Source of the DNA: Octopus sinensis
Lineage: Eukaryota
Reading direction: 5' to 3'
Length of the DNA stretch: 64,000 nt
Assembly: GCF_006345805.1 (NCBI RefSeq)
Contig: NC_042997.1
Coordinates: 50,158,001-50,222,000, forward strand
The position numbers and the translations under genes were made by a program. The notes under the pieces are model-generated. The model worked only from the letters and a program-made list of their open reading frames with translations. It was not told the DNA's origin and ran no database searches. Below are positions 13,395 through 25,385 of this stretch, one piece after another (position 1 is the first letter of the stretch; every line of letters starts with the position of its first letter).

Positions 13395-13716
13395 CCCGTA
13401 CTGCTGGGATGGTTACAGCGTAGTCCGTAGTATCCGTGGGCATCCTGTTGATCACCATCATTGATTCATTTCTTCAGGCGATATAACATTAGTGGGTGCA
13501 CCACAGAGGGATGCTTCTCATTTTTTACCAGCATGAAGGTCAAACGAGTTATCAAGGTCAAAATCGCTTGACCCTCATACGGGTAATAAAGAAGAAGCAT
13601 CCCTCTGTGTTACATCCACTAATGTTATATCGCCTGAAGAAATGAATTAATGATGGTGATCAACAGGATGCCCACGGATACTACGGACTATACTGTGATC
13701 ATCCCTGAAATACGGA
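13395..13716. repeat. Fold-back palindrome with ~155-bp arms (MITE-like)
   Basis: tagtccgtagtatccgtgggcatcctgttgatcaccatcatt...ttcttcaggcgatataacattagtgg is the reverse complement of ccactaatgttatatcgcctgaagaa...aatgatggtgatcaacaggatgcccacggatactacggacta. Confidence 0.9.
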
Positions 13717-13803
13717 CTGTGTCATATGAATTGAGGAAACGCGCGTAGCGATGTATTAAATTTTTATAAAGCCCATGCTAGGATTCTTGGTCTAATTATT
13801 ATT

Positions 13804-13879
<76 letters not shown>

Positions 13880-13892
13880 AATACATACGTAC

Positions 13893-14231
13893 TGCTATGT
13901 GGTAAGTAGCTTGTTTACCAACCACATGGTTCCGGGTTCAGTCCCACTGCGTGGCACCTTGGGCAAGTGTCTTCTACTATAGCCTCGGGCCAACCAAGGC
14001 CTAGTGAGTGGATTTGATTGACTGAAAGAAGCCCGTCGTATATATATATATATATATATATGCATATGTTTGTGTGTCTGTGTTTATCCCCCCCCCCGAT
14101 GCTGGTGTGTTTACGCCCCCGTCACCTAGCGGTTCGGTAAGAGAGACCGATAGAATAAGTACTAGTCGATTTGTTTGACTAAACGTGGTGTTCCAGCATG
14201 GCCGCAGTCAAATGACTAAAAGAAGAAAAAG
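13893..14231 (+). mobile_element. SINE family A
   Basis: Homologous to 465-875. Confidence 0.85.
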
Positions 14232-15120
14232 AATATATATGTATATATGAACGTGCGTATGCGCGCTTGCGCGTGTGTATATTTTAAATTTCAAGTACAA
14301 TAAATTAACTCCATTTATAAAAGTGATTTTTTTTCTTTTCTTTTTCTCCTTTTTGTTATCCTTAACCTTTAAACTGCAGACATCATCAATTGATGTTTCA
14401 GAAAATTTCACACAGATACAGCCATTATCAAATGAAAGTGAATATTTTACGGTACTTTTAGATAATGAGATTATAAATTTTATTGTGTGGGAGACTAACA
14501 AGTATTACAGATTCTGTACTGATATAAAGTGAAAATAAGTATAAAATGATTACACTCTTATTAAAAAAAGTGATTTTTTTTGTTCTTTGCCTGTTTAGCA
14601 CGCACATTTATGCAACCTTTTCCCGCTGTTTAAGGGTTAAACTTGTTTTAAAATAATAATCTTTTCTTAAAAGTTACGCACACACACAGATACATACATG
14701 TGCTTGCACAATTCATGAAATTAGGATGTCACCTTTTCACCTACTTTTTTCCTAATCGGTCCCCCTCTTTCTTCTCTCTCTCACTTTCATTCTTTCTCTC
14801 TTAGTTTCTCTTTTTCCATATTCATCTTTCTTTTTCTATTTCATGCTTAACGTTTCTTTTTGTTATTTCCGTTTGAAGCTTCCCTATATATTGTCAATAT
14901 GAAGCGAATAAAAAGTGCAATGCGTCAAACATACTTTTACTTTCCTATATTATATCATCGCTGCAACTGGAATCATTGTTGCCCACATTTACATTATCTG
15001 GACGTTTGTTTCTTTAGTCAGTATTTGTCGGGTTTAAAATTCAAATTTAAAATTAAAACATACATACATACATACATACATACATACATACATACAAACA
15101 TACATTAATACATACACACA

Positions 15121-15599
15121 ACGAAATGTTAGCGCTAAGCAGTGTTTAGGCATACGCAGAATTTAACGTTAGTTGAAATATGGTTGTGACATATTTCAAC
15201 GGCTAAAAGGCAAATACACTGCAGTCATCGTGGAGAATACATCTTTCTTATAGTAAAAAGGTATGAAAACACTCGGTTGGTTCAGTGTCACCATTTATTA
15301 GGAACCCGAGACATCGATGTTTCAAGCCTCTTGGCTCTTGTCAATGAGATGTACCTAAGAGAGGCAACTCCGCACAAACTTATAAAGTAAAAAACGTTGA
15401 CTGATTTGCGATAGTGGATCGCCCGATCAAGGAAAATAACGAAATGTTAGCGCTAAGCAGTGTTTAGACATACGTAGAATTTAGGTTAGTTGAAATGTTT
15501 GTGACAAATTTCAACTCATAAAAGACAAAAACACTGCAGTTACCGTGGTAAAAAGGTGTGAAAACACCCGGTCACAAACATATTTCAACTAACCTAAAT
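15121..15599 (-). mobile_element. PLE pseudo-LTR remnant: direct repeat plus inverted tail
   Basis: Direct repeats start at 15121 and 15439 (acgaaatgttagcgctaagcagtgtttag); 15571-15598 is an inversion of 15480-15505; a hammerhead-like motif lies between them at 15304-15350. Confidence 0.6.
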
Positions 15600-15937
15600 A
15601 CTGTATATGTATATATCTGTGTTTGTGTATGAGTAAATGTACTCGTATGGATATGCGGCCTAGTGTTTATGGTGATACAGACTGGAACAAAAAGTGGGTG
15701 AGTCCGATATTTGAACAGGGCAACGCGTTTTGTCCTTGAACGTGATATATCATTTCCCTTTATCATAGACTACTCAGCTCAAACGTGTGGTATCCGGGCT
15801 CTGGTACAGCTTCTCTGCTTGAGCTTCCACCTCCTCGATGTTCATTTGGGTCAAAGAGGAAAGTACTATGAAGCTGTTTATGTCAGCTAGCTACTAAGTA
15901 GACACCTAAAACAATAACAGAAAGTATATACTTAGAC

Positions 15938-16265
15938 CTGGCCCGGCGAACCTGAGGCTCGTGGGCCGCATGCGGCTCGCAGACTTTTATCATGCTGCCG
16001 ATTGATACTATCTTGAAATGGGTTTATTTAAACAAACATTTTAAAAATTTTCATCAAAAATTAAAGATTGTAATGAAAATATAAGAAGAAAGATACTGTT
16101 TTTGCAACGATAATATTTGATGTTAAATCAACGATCATTCACTCATTATTTTAATAACAGCATGAGAAAGCAAAAGGCTTTCAATTCTGTCTGTATACAA
16201 GCCGCTCCCAAAAAACTTTCTGTGATTAAAGTGGCCCGCAATGTAATTCCAGTTGGCTACGCCTG
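15938..16265 (+). mobile_element. Non-autonomous hAT (Charlie/Buster-type) MITE with 8-bp TSD
   Basis: TSD acttagac (15930-37) / gcttagac (16266-73); ends c(t)ggcccggcgaacc / gttggctacgcctg; subterminal gggccgcatgcggctcgc. Confidence 0.8.
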
Positions 16266-16659
16266 GCTTAGACCGACTGCGTTCTGCTGAATTCCGTGTC
16301 TGATCATCTCGCTTGATTTACATGGAAATTTATTCATAACTTCTACAGTATAATTGTAGAGTAAAACTGAATCTGGTAGGTTATATAATACATTGGACAA
16401 CTGGCAAGAAAGTCAATGGTTTGTACTCTGTGTCCCGTGTCCTGCACTGCATTATGTTACATTGATTGCATAACAGCTGACAGACACCTCACCGGTTAGG
16501 TCTAACAAGTTGAATACTTGTTTATATCATGATTAGGTAGATCATATTGGAAGTCAATGAGCGATTCCAAACTTGCTAGAAATAGCAACCAAATAGTCCT
16601 CAACTCACATCCTACAGTCTTAAAAAATAACGAAATAGATGGGCAATACAGTTATTGAT

Positions 16660-16927
16660 ATGCGTGTTGTGTTCTTGAGCAAGGCACTTTATTTCACGTT
16701 GCTCCAGTTCACTCAGCTGTAGAAATGAGTTGCGATGTCACTGGTGCCAAGCTGTATCGACCTTTGTCTTTCCCTTGGATAACACTGGTGGCGTGGAGAG
16801 GGGAGGCTGGTATGCATGGGCGACTGCTGGTTTTCCGTAAACAACCTTGCCCGGACTTGTGTCTAGGAGGGTAACTTTCTAGGTGCAATCCCATGGTCAT
16901 TCATGACCGAAGGGGGTCTTTACCCTT
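16660..16927 (+). mobile_element. SINE family C (Nin/CORE-like centre), headless
   Basis: cactttatttcacgttgctccagttcactcagctgtagaaatgagt...gaagggggtctttaccc; homologues at 17058-17380 and 35930-36228. Confidence 0.85.
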
Positions 16928-17057
16928 TATATATAGAGAGAGAGAGGAGAGAGAGACAAACAGACAGAGATAGCGAGGAAGATGGATGGAGGGAGAGAGA
17001 GAAAGAGAGAGAGAGGGAGATAGAAAGAGGGTAAAAGGAAGAAATCCCCTTCGATAA

Positions 17058-17380
17058 TGAATGACCGTGGGATTGCACCTAGAAAGTACCCCTCCAAGGT
17101 ACAAGTCCAGGCCACGTTGTTTATGGAAGGCCTGCAGTCGCCCATGCATACCAGTCTCACCTCTCCATGGCACCGTTGTTATCCAAGAGATAGGCAAAGG
17201 CAAAGGCTGTTACAGCGTGGCATTAGTAACGTCGGAACCCATTTCTACAGCTGAGTGAACTGAAGCAACGTGAAATAAAGTGTCTTGCTCAAGAACACAA
17301 CAAACACCCCGGTCCGGAAATCGAACTCACTACCTCATGATTGTGAGGCTGTCGCTCTCACTACTGAGCCATGCGACTTC
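17058..17380 (-). mobile_element. SINE family C, with tRNA head
   Basis: Minus strand gaagtcgcatggctcagtag...gagttcgatttccgg head, then the same body as 16660-16927. Confidence 0.85.
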
Positions 17381-17382
17381 AT

Positions 17383-17494
17383 AAAAAAAATCATATGGAA
17401 CGCTTCACGAATTTGCGTGCCATCCTTGCGCAAGGGCCATGCTAATCTTTTCTGTATCGTTCCAATTTTAGAATATGTATAGCCGAAGCTATGT
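17383..17494 (-). pseudogene. U6: U6 snRNA pseudogene (retrocopy)
   Basis: Minus strand gcttcggctatacatattctaaaattggaacgatacagaAaagattagcatggcccttgcgcaaggatggcacgcaaattcgtgaagcgttccatatga-T8; the ACAGAGA box reads ACAGAAA; no TATA about 30 nt upstream. Confidence 0.9.
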
Positions 17495-17897
17495 ATATAC
17501 ATATGCAAAAAGATGAGGTGATCAAGGCTGAAATGCCTGTGACGATGGACCAACTTTATGAAATACCATTGACTATAAACCAACTTTATGAAACAGCAGT
17601 GACCTTAGATCAGCTTAATCAGAACTAACAGGGTATTTAATATCCCATGCCAGGGATACTGAATATACTTTTTTTCTCCAAACCTGATGTTGTGCTCCTC
17701 CTTCTCCCACTCCTATAATGTGAGGCACTCCTCCACGAATGTTTCCCACTATTTCCTCCAGGGATAATCTTTATATTTATCTATCCGGTCAAGTGACTTG
17801 CCCAGTTCAATGCAACTCTTTTTCGCCAAATGTCCCGATTTTCAATTGCACCACTTTATTTCTTCAACCTGGTATCCAGTGTCTATGTGTGTGTATA

Positions 17898-17933
<36 letters not shown>

Positions 17934-19553
17934 TGTATGTATGTATGTATGTATGTATGTATGTATATAAGGAAAATAAGACAAACTAGAATTTTTTTCT
18001 ACCCAGTGTCACTTACATAATATGTGTTGACCATAATACATGTTAACCTCATTACACTTCCTGACACTCTTTTTTTTACACTTCCATCCTACTGCTATCC
18101 TCTACCCTCCTCTGCTCCGGAAGTGATCTCTCTTGCTCTCCTTGTTACTGAGGTTACTGAGATTTCATATTTTTAGTTGGATTAACAAATTTTATCAAGT
18201 TGTTCAGAATATTTGTGTCTGCCCCAAATTTTCTTACCTTTTTCTTCTGTACAACGGAGGTTCTTCAATTGTATATTTGATGCGCTATGTGAATATCGCT
18301 GAACATTTAGAAATTGGCTTCCCAATCAAAGCGTTTCGATTTCGATCCCAGAGAATAACCTCTCAGGTAAGTTATATTTTTTTCCATAGTATCTGGTCAA
18401 CACGTATTACGTGAGTGAAACTGAGTAGACAGAAACTTTACGGAAAACCATAAGATGCATTTCATCTGTAATGTGTGTCTTGTTACACATTGCATCGCGC
18501 TAATTTTGCCTAAGAACTACGGTAAGTTTAAAAACACTTTCTACGCTAATTCAACCACTTTTGTACGGTAATTCAATGAGTAGGTGATGCAATAGATCAG
18601 ACATCTGAATACTCATCATTGAAACCGATGGATATCCATAACAACTTTCCACCACATACGGTATAGTATTAGTCTGTGTGAAGTTAAGTGTAATAAACAG
18701 AAACATTCCCCAAATCAAGGTTCTAGGTAGTGACCTGATTCGCTTGAAACACCTTCTATATCTCCCTTATATCATATTAACCCTACTGTTTAAAAAAATG
18801 TAACAGATGAGATGATCACGGCTGGAACAAATTTGATTGTAATGTCTTCTCATTCAAGACTAACAAAAGGGTTAAACAACAGCAAAGCCAGCAGTACGGT
18901 AGTGTACTGCTTTACCTTTACACACACACACACACACACACACGCATGCGCGCAGAATCGTTCACTCGCTTGTATCAGTCAGACAAGCGTAGATATGGAA
19001 AAGAGTTATATGTTTATCCAATCCCACTTGATGGGTACTTAACAACTTATCACCAAACTTACCAAGTTGCGCCAAGCAACCCAGCCTACATAACTATCCA
19101 CCTATCTGCTTCCTTAGCAACTTAACCAAAGCATGCACAGGATTGTCGACACAAATATACACATCTATGTACATACATACATACATACATACATACATAC
19201 ATACATACATACATACATACATACATAATACTTCGTACAAACATATATACATACATACGTAGATATATACATACGCACACACATATGTACCTATGCATGG
19301 ATATATGTATTAGGTAAGTAGATAGGTAGGTAGGTAGGTTAGCAAGTAGGTATGTATGTATGTATGTATGTATATGTATAAATGTACGTATGACTATCTG
19401 TGCATAATATGTAAGTATATATACACATATATATGCATAGAGATAGATAGATAGATTAACAGAGACGTACCTGCTAACTGCCTACCTGTCTACATACATA
19501 CATACATACATACATACATACATACATACATACGTACATACATACATACATAC

Positions 19554-19601
<48 letters not shown>

Positions 19602-19788
19602 TATGTATATATATATATATATATATACGTACATATATACATACATACGTTCATCCTTACATATACATAATTCACGTATGTACACAAATATACGTCTATT
19701 TAGACTTATACACGCTGACATTCATACACACACTCTCAAACACTCACTAACACATGCATCACATTGTATACAGAAAAGCAATTTGTGG

Positions 19789-19896
<108 letters not shown>

Positions 19897-19930
19897 AAAT
19901 GCTTCATCCTGATGATACGTCAGAGGAAAA

Positions 19931-19980
19931 CCAATGCTGAGTGAGAAGAAATTCTCAGCGATTGGCGAATCAAAATGGTT
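19931..19980. promoter_or_regulatory. Candidate promoter: inverted CCAAT pair plus CAAAATGG (YY1-like)
   Basis: ccaat 19931-35, attgg 19961-65 and caaaatgg 19971-78 in unique, CpG-containing sequence next to a GA tract. Confidence 0.35.
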
Positions 19981-20344
19981 GCTGTATTGTTAGGATGGTT
20001 ATAGCTGCACCCGTTTCGGTGTTGTTGCTTTGCTAACGTACGACAAAAAGTATGTTACAGTTTCGTCCTAAAGAACCCCGGAATTCCCTGGTAGTATCAG
20101 TGCTGCTTGGCAGCGCTAATGTGACGAAACTATCGTAAAATGTCGATGTCGTTTTGATGTTCAGTCAACTGCTTATAAGTGAACTGTCGTGCAGTGAAAG
20201 GTGTATGTATAAATTTAATATATAAAAGTGTGTGTGTGTGTGTGTGTGTTCCTTATGGATTCGAAAACAGAGTTGCCGATTTTGACGTATGCGGCATCAA
20301 AAGATTCAGTAATCTTTCGGCTATCAAATAAACTTTATTTTCAT

Positions 20345-20460
20345 TTACTTATGGAAAACGACTTTGAGGCTAGATTTCAAAAGTGTCAGGAACGCTGGAA
20401 CCGGTGTATTGCTGTGCAAAGTGGCTATTTGAAGGAGATGATGTTGAAACTTAGTTATAA
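20345..20460 (+). mobile_element. Mariner transposase C-terminal fragment
   Basis: FQKCQERWNRCIAVQSGY matches the mariner C-terminal RW.KC...G.Y pattern. Confidence 0.6.
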
Positions 20461-20463
20461 ATG

Positions 20464-20501
<38 letters not shown>

Positions 20502-20546
20502 TGTGTGTAAGCACACAGGGTGTAGTGAATATATTGTCGTCTAAAC

Positions 20547-20827
20547 CAGTGCTTCTCAAACTATTTGATGTGGCGTACTGGCAGTTTTTTATCAATGTGC
20601 CAGGGACCAGTAATATTTTTTAGTAATATTAATTTATACCGGAAACAATATATATAATGAATATAATAAAAGTTGACAATTTTTTTTATCTTATATTTAT
20701 TTTGTAAACAAATGATACAATATTACGTAAGCATTTTATAATGTTTCTTTCTTTTCTGGAAACTCACCGCGTACCGGCAGCTGATGACCCGCGTACCGGC
20801 ACCGGTTCGCTGACCGTCACTTTGAGT
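20547..20827 (+). mobile_element. hAT MITE remnant
   Basis: Left end cagtgcttctcaaact preceded by gtctaaac (hAT-like target); subterminal cgcgtaccggca repeats; right TIR degenerate. Confidence 0.6.
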
Positions 20828-20829
20828 TG

Positions 20830-21565
20830 TACGCGAAAATGAAAATAACACTGACATCTCATTTTAATAAATATATTTACCAAAATTACATAAAAAATAT
20901 CTTGAAATACTAAAGAGTAAAATTTATTCAATAAAATCGCCATAGGCTTCAACCACGGCCTGCAGACGACTTCGGAATCTCCTGCAACTCTTGTGGATGG
21001 TCGCCTTTTTTTATTTTGATGAATGCTGCCATAATCTTTGGCCTCAGTTCATCTTTGGTATTACAAGGAGTTTTGTTGGTCCCTTGCCCAACTGCAACCC
21101 ATATAATAATCAGGGGGATTGCATCTGGGGAGTTAGGTGGCCAGATGTTAGGGGTGATGTGGTTATAGAAATTGTCTGACAGCCGTGACTGGGTTCTCCT
21201 GCTTGTGTGGCATGGTGCAGATTCTTGTTGCCAGACATAGGGTATTCCAGCAGCCACTCTCGTAACCCAGGGCGGCACTACATTCTCTAGGTACTTGATG
21301 TAGGCCTCCGTGTTGAGTCTGAGGCCGTGTGGGAAGATGAATGGAAACATAACGTCGCTATCACTAGTGATCATTCCAAACCGGATGTTTGATTTTTATC
21401 GTCCTCAGATTGCACTGTTCTCAGATAGAGATCCAAAGACTCTGAAATGTTCGTATTGGAGCTTCCGGTGCGAATGCCAACCAGTACAGCATGTCGTTTC
21501 CAAATTTCTGGCAGAGTGAATGGCGTCGTGGTGATGTTTGTCTCACAGACGGTGCCCAACTGACC
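20830..21565 (-). mobile_element. Tc1/mariner maT (DD37D-type) transposon, internally deleted
   Basis: ORF 20949-21374 WQQ(E)SAPCHTSRRT...WPPNSPD; motif and spacing match the DD37D family. Confidence 0.85.
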
Positions 21566-22139
21566 CTACTATACTGTGTAGTCGACAAAATCAAAAACAA
21601 GCAATATGCTTGAGCGAAATTAAGAATATAAAATGGCGACCATTTACCCATCGCATCCTGTCTACTGAATGATCTGACAAAGAAAGTGTGCCAAAGGCAA
21701 AATCGTTTGTGACATTCCAATCTGTTATTTACAACTGAGATTCTAACGAGTAAAGCATCTGCCGGATTTATTGTTTTCGTCGGTCATCCCAGCAACTGAT
21801 AAAAAAAAGACAGTTCTAAATGTTTCTACGAGAGACCTAAATGGCTTGTTGCTTGCTTACGTCATCAGTTCCCGACGAAATGTTGCTGGGGTGTTTACAC
21901 ACGCTTTCACACCTCAACACAGCGTGTGTGTGATCTCTGGAAAATATAACAACAGTTCAAAACAAGTACCCATCTTATTAAAAATCTTCTGGGTACCGTA
22001 CCCATTCTCGATATGTACTTGCAAAAGTCTTAAATACACATGCTCTCTCTCTCTCTCTCTCTCACTCTCTCTTTCTCTCTCTCACACACACATTCACGCA
22101 CATACGCACTGATACATATAGATGTAGATATGTATATGC

Positions 22140-22172
<33 letters not shown>

Positions 22173-22203
22173 ATATATCTATATATATATATATATATAT
22201 ATA

Positions 22204-22407
22204 CTTTATTTTAAGCAGCAGAAAATTCAACAAAATCTGTTACTCTCTGAGTTTCTCGTTGCCGTTCATCGTCTGATGAACGGCAACGGGAACTCAGAGT
22301 AACAGATTTTGTTGAATTTTCTGCTGCTTAAAATAAAGCATATTACTCTACCACTGGTATTTGAGTACTCTTTTTTCCACCTTGTTTCACATTTATGTGT
22401 TTACTCC

Positions 22408-22410
<3 letters not shown>
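22204..22410 (+). mobile_element. PLE tail remnant folded back into a ~65-bp-arm palindrome
   Basis: 22204-22270 is the reverse complement of 22275-22338 around the apex gtct; CTGATGA overlaps the apex. Confidence 0.75.
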
Positions 22411-22476
<66 letters not shown>

Positions 22477-22553
22477 TATATATAATATATATATATATAC
22501 GTTTAAATATTTGTTGTGCAAGATTTTTTATGTGAAGTCGTGTGTTGAAACAG

Positions 22554-23763
22554 ATATTGTTATATTTCGGAATGGTCATATTGCCAGTTTACCCAATAAA
22601 AACACACGCACTATATATTTGGTGTTATTTTGCTTCAGTGATATTTATTTTTTACATTAATCTTAATCTTATTTCGGCCAAAGTTCTTTCGTCACACTCC
22701 TGTGACCGCATCAGTGGTCCTTTGTTTTCTTCTCACTTACTTGTGTCTCTCCTTACTAACCGTCAGCCATTTTTTTTTCTATTGTATGTCTTCATTTGCG
22801 CATGCTTATATCTCTATGTGCGTCTATGTTTATTTAGTGTGTGTGTGAGGGGGATGCCTGTAATATTGTATCTTCTGGTTATATACATTCTTGTAATTTG
22901 TATTTTGTTTTTGTTGTTGTTGCTTTTGTTCTAATTTTGTTCATGTGTTTACATCCACCCATTATTATCATTACATATGCTTGTATGTATGTATAACAAC
23001 AATATTAGTAATAATAATAATAAATCTAATTGAAAAAAAATATATATATACATATATATATATATATACATATATATATACACACATACACACACATATA
23101 CACACATACATACACATATACATATATATAGTTATTCATTTCTATTTCTTTAATTATCTGTGTATTTATTATGTTTGCAGGATCCACTATCGTCATATGT
23201 TGTGGTGTGCGCTATTGCTCCATTCTAGTTTTCTATTCAGGCTAGGTTTATTTTCTATTATATGTGTAGCTTCTGTAATTTGTCTAATTGTTGCATCTGT
23301 TCTATGTGTGGACAATATCTTAATCTCTATGTTATTGATTGATCCCCCGTGTTCTTGTTCAGCGTGTTGGTACAGAATCGATGAGCTTTTACCTTCCTTG
23401 AGTTGTCTCCAATGTTCATTCACCCGCTCACCAATGCTTCTTGCTGTTTCCCCTACGTATGTTACTGTCTTGTTACTGCATCGTCCCTCTATACATCTTA
23501 TACTATAGACCACATTTCTGGCTTTACAGTTTGTTTGTGGGCTAAATCTACATACAGTGCAATAGTTATCCGTACAGAGAGTTCTACTAAAGGGATAGCT
23601 TCTACCAATTATAGATCTGATAGGGTTGCCTGGCTTTGGCCGAAATAAGATTAAGATTAATGTAAAAAATAAATATCACTGAAGCAAAATAACACCAAAT
23701 ATATAGTGCGTGTGTTTTTATTGGCTAAACTGGCAATATGACCATTCCGAAATATAACAATAT
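22554..23763 (-). mobile_element. 5'-truncated PLE: Cys linker plus GIY-YIG endonuclease, bounded by 130-bp inverted pLTR copies
   Basis: Open frame about 23630-23193: LCTDNYCTVC...C.ARNVVYSIRC...YVGETARSIGERVNEH...QHAEQEH...RQITEA..I....LNRKLE; inverted repeats 22554-22683 / 23634-23763 with 1 mismatch. Confidence 0.85.
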
Positions 23764-24239
23764 ATATATATATTTATATATGTATGTATGTATGTATGTA
23801 TATGTGTGTATATATGTGTGTATACTTACTCATATATGTACACATATGTGTGTGTGTAGAAGATGTTTTAGTTCTCCCTTTATCTAAGTACCAGCTAATA
23901 ATTCAGGGGTCAGTTGAGCTCCTCCTATATGCCCGGTCTCCCTCTCTCCCTATCCGTTTCACGCAATACCATCGACCTCTTCATTGTGTTCATAAATTCC
24001 CTTCTGTTCCACATCTCTCGTTAGTCTCTACGTCTCAGACATTCCGGGGTAGCTGGTCACTGCATGCTGCTCATAATATCAAGCAACCCGGACCACACTG
24101 GGCGGATGAAGCATGCATATCGGAACAACTATACAGGATTATCGCTTTATTGAGACACTTTTAGGGAAGATGACTATTCTCTCATCTTTTCATAACATTT
24201 TTTCTAAAATATATCAGACAATATATATTTTTTTAAATA

Positions 24240-24400
24240 GGCGCAGGAGTGGCTGTGTGGTAAGTAGCTTGTTTACCAACCACATGGTTCCGGGTTCAGT
24301 CCCACTGCGTGGCGCCTTGGGCAAGTGTCTTCTACTATAGCCTCGGGCCGACCAAAGCCTTGTGAATGGATTTGGTAGACGGAAGCCCGCCGTATATATG

Positions 24401-24466
<66 letters not shown>

Positions 24467-24678
24467 ATATGATTGTGTATCTGTGTTTGTTCCTTCAACA
24501 TCACTTGACAACCGATGGTGGTGTGTTTCCGTCCCCGTAACTTAGCGGTTCGGCAAAAGACCGATAGAATAAGTACTAGGCTTCCAAAGAATAATTCCTG
24601 GGATCGATTTGCTCGACTAAAGGCGGTGCTCCAGCATGGCCACAGTCAAATAACTGAAACAAGTAAAAGAGGAAAATA
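24240..24678 (+). mobile_element. SINE family A (full length)
   Basis: High identity to 465-875. Confidence 0.9.
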
Positions 24679-25019
24679 GAGAGCACAAAAGTGATTTCTT
24701 TAATAAATAAAGTACAAAAGTGATTCAGAGGCCGAGAGTTTCGTGCATGGTATTTAACAAAGTCACTTCAAATGTAGCAGCTTGCTTCTTTCTATAGACA
24801 GTGAATTACCATTATTTCCGGAACTTAAAACTACATACGCATATCTCACATTCGGAGGTGAAGCTGGTCATAATTGCAAATTGGAAATATATATATTGCC
24901 AATTTGCGGATAATAACGGACTGACTTGGTGCTTCAACTTAAGTATCTAATTCATGTGACCATCTTTCTTTTCTTGCACGGACATTCTAAAGACTGGAGG
25001 TTTATTTTTTCTCTCTCTC

Positions 25020-25385
25020 TCTTCTAACTTTTCTCTTTACAAAGACAATATTTCTACCAGCGTTCACTATTTTCCTCTCGTTCTGGTTTGTTTTCGTTCG
25101 GTTTTCTTGTGTGACTCCACTGTCATGTTGTTGTTCCAAACTTTGACCCTCTATAAATGCTAAATCTTATTTTAGAATTTATGGGTGCAACTGTCTTTGA
25201 AGACTCATATTGTCGTTGAATGCTCGAAATGAGGAGTATATAGACAGCCGATAACCGATGAAGGGTCCTCTCTCTCTGTTTACTTGTCCTGTTTTCCATT
25301 TTTTCTCTCGTTGTTTCCGTATTTAACTCGTTTGTTTACGTATTTCATGTTGCTTGCACAGTTGGTGACGTCCTGTCCCCATATA
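25020..25385 (+). mobile_element. Repeat family X copy
   Basis: Shared with 9465-9790 and 56695-56880. Confidence 0.65.

Noticed and set aside
19905-19935. ctgatga...gaaa resembling a hammerhead core
   Set aside because: No stem II closing pair, stem III or stem I can be formed.
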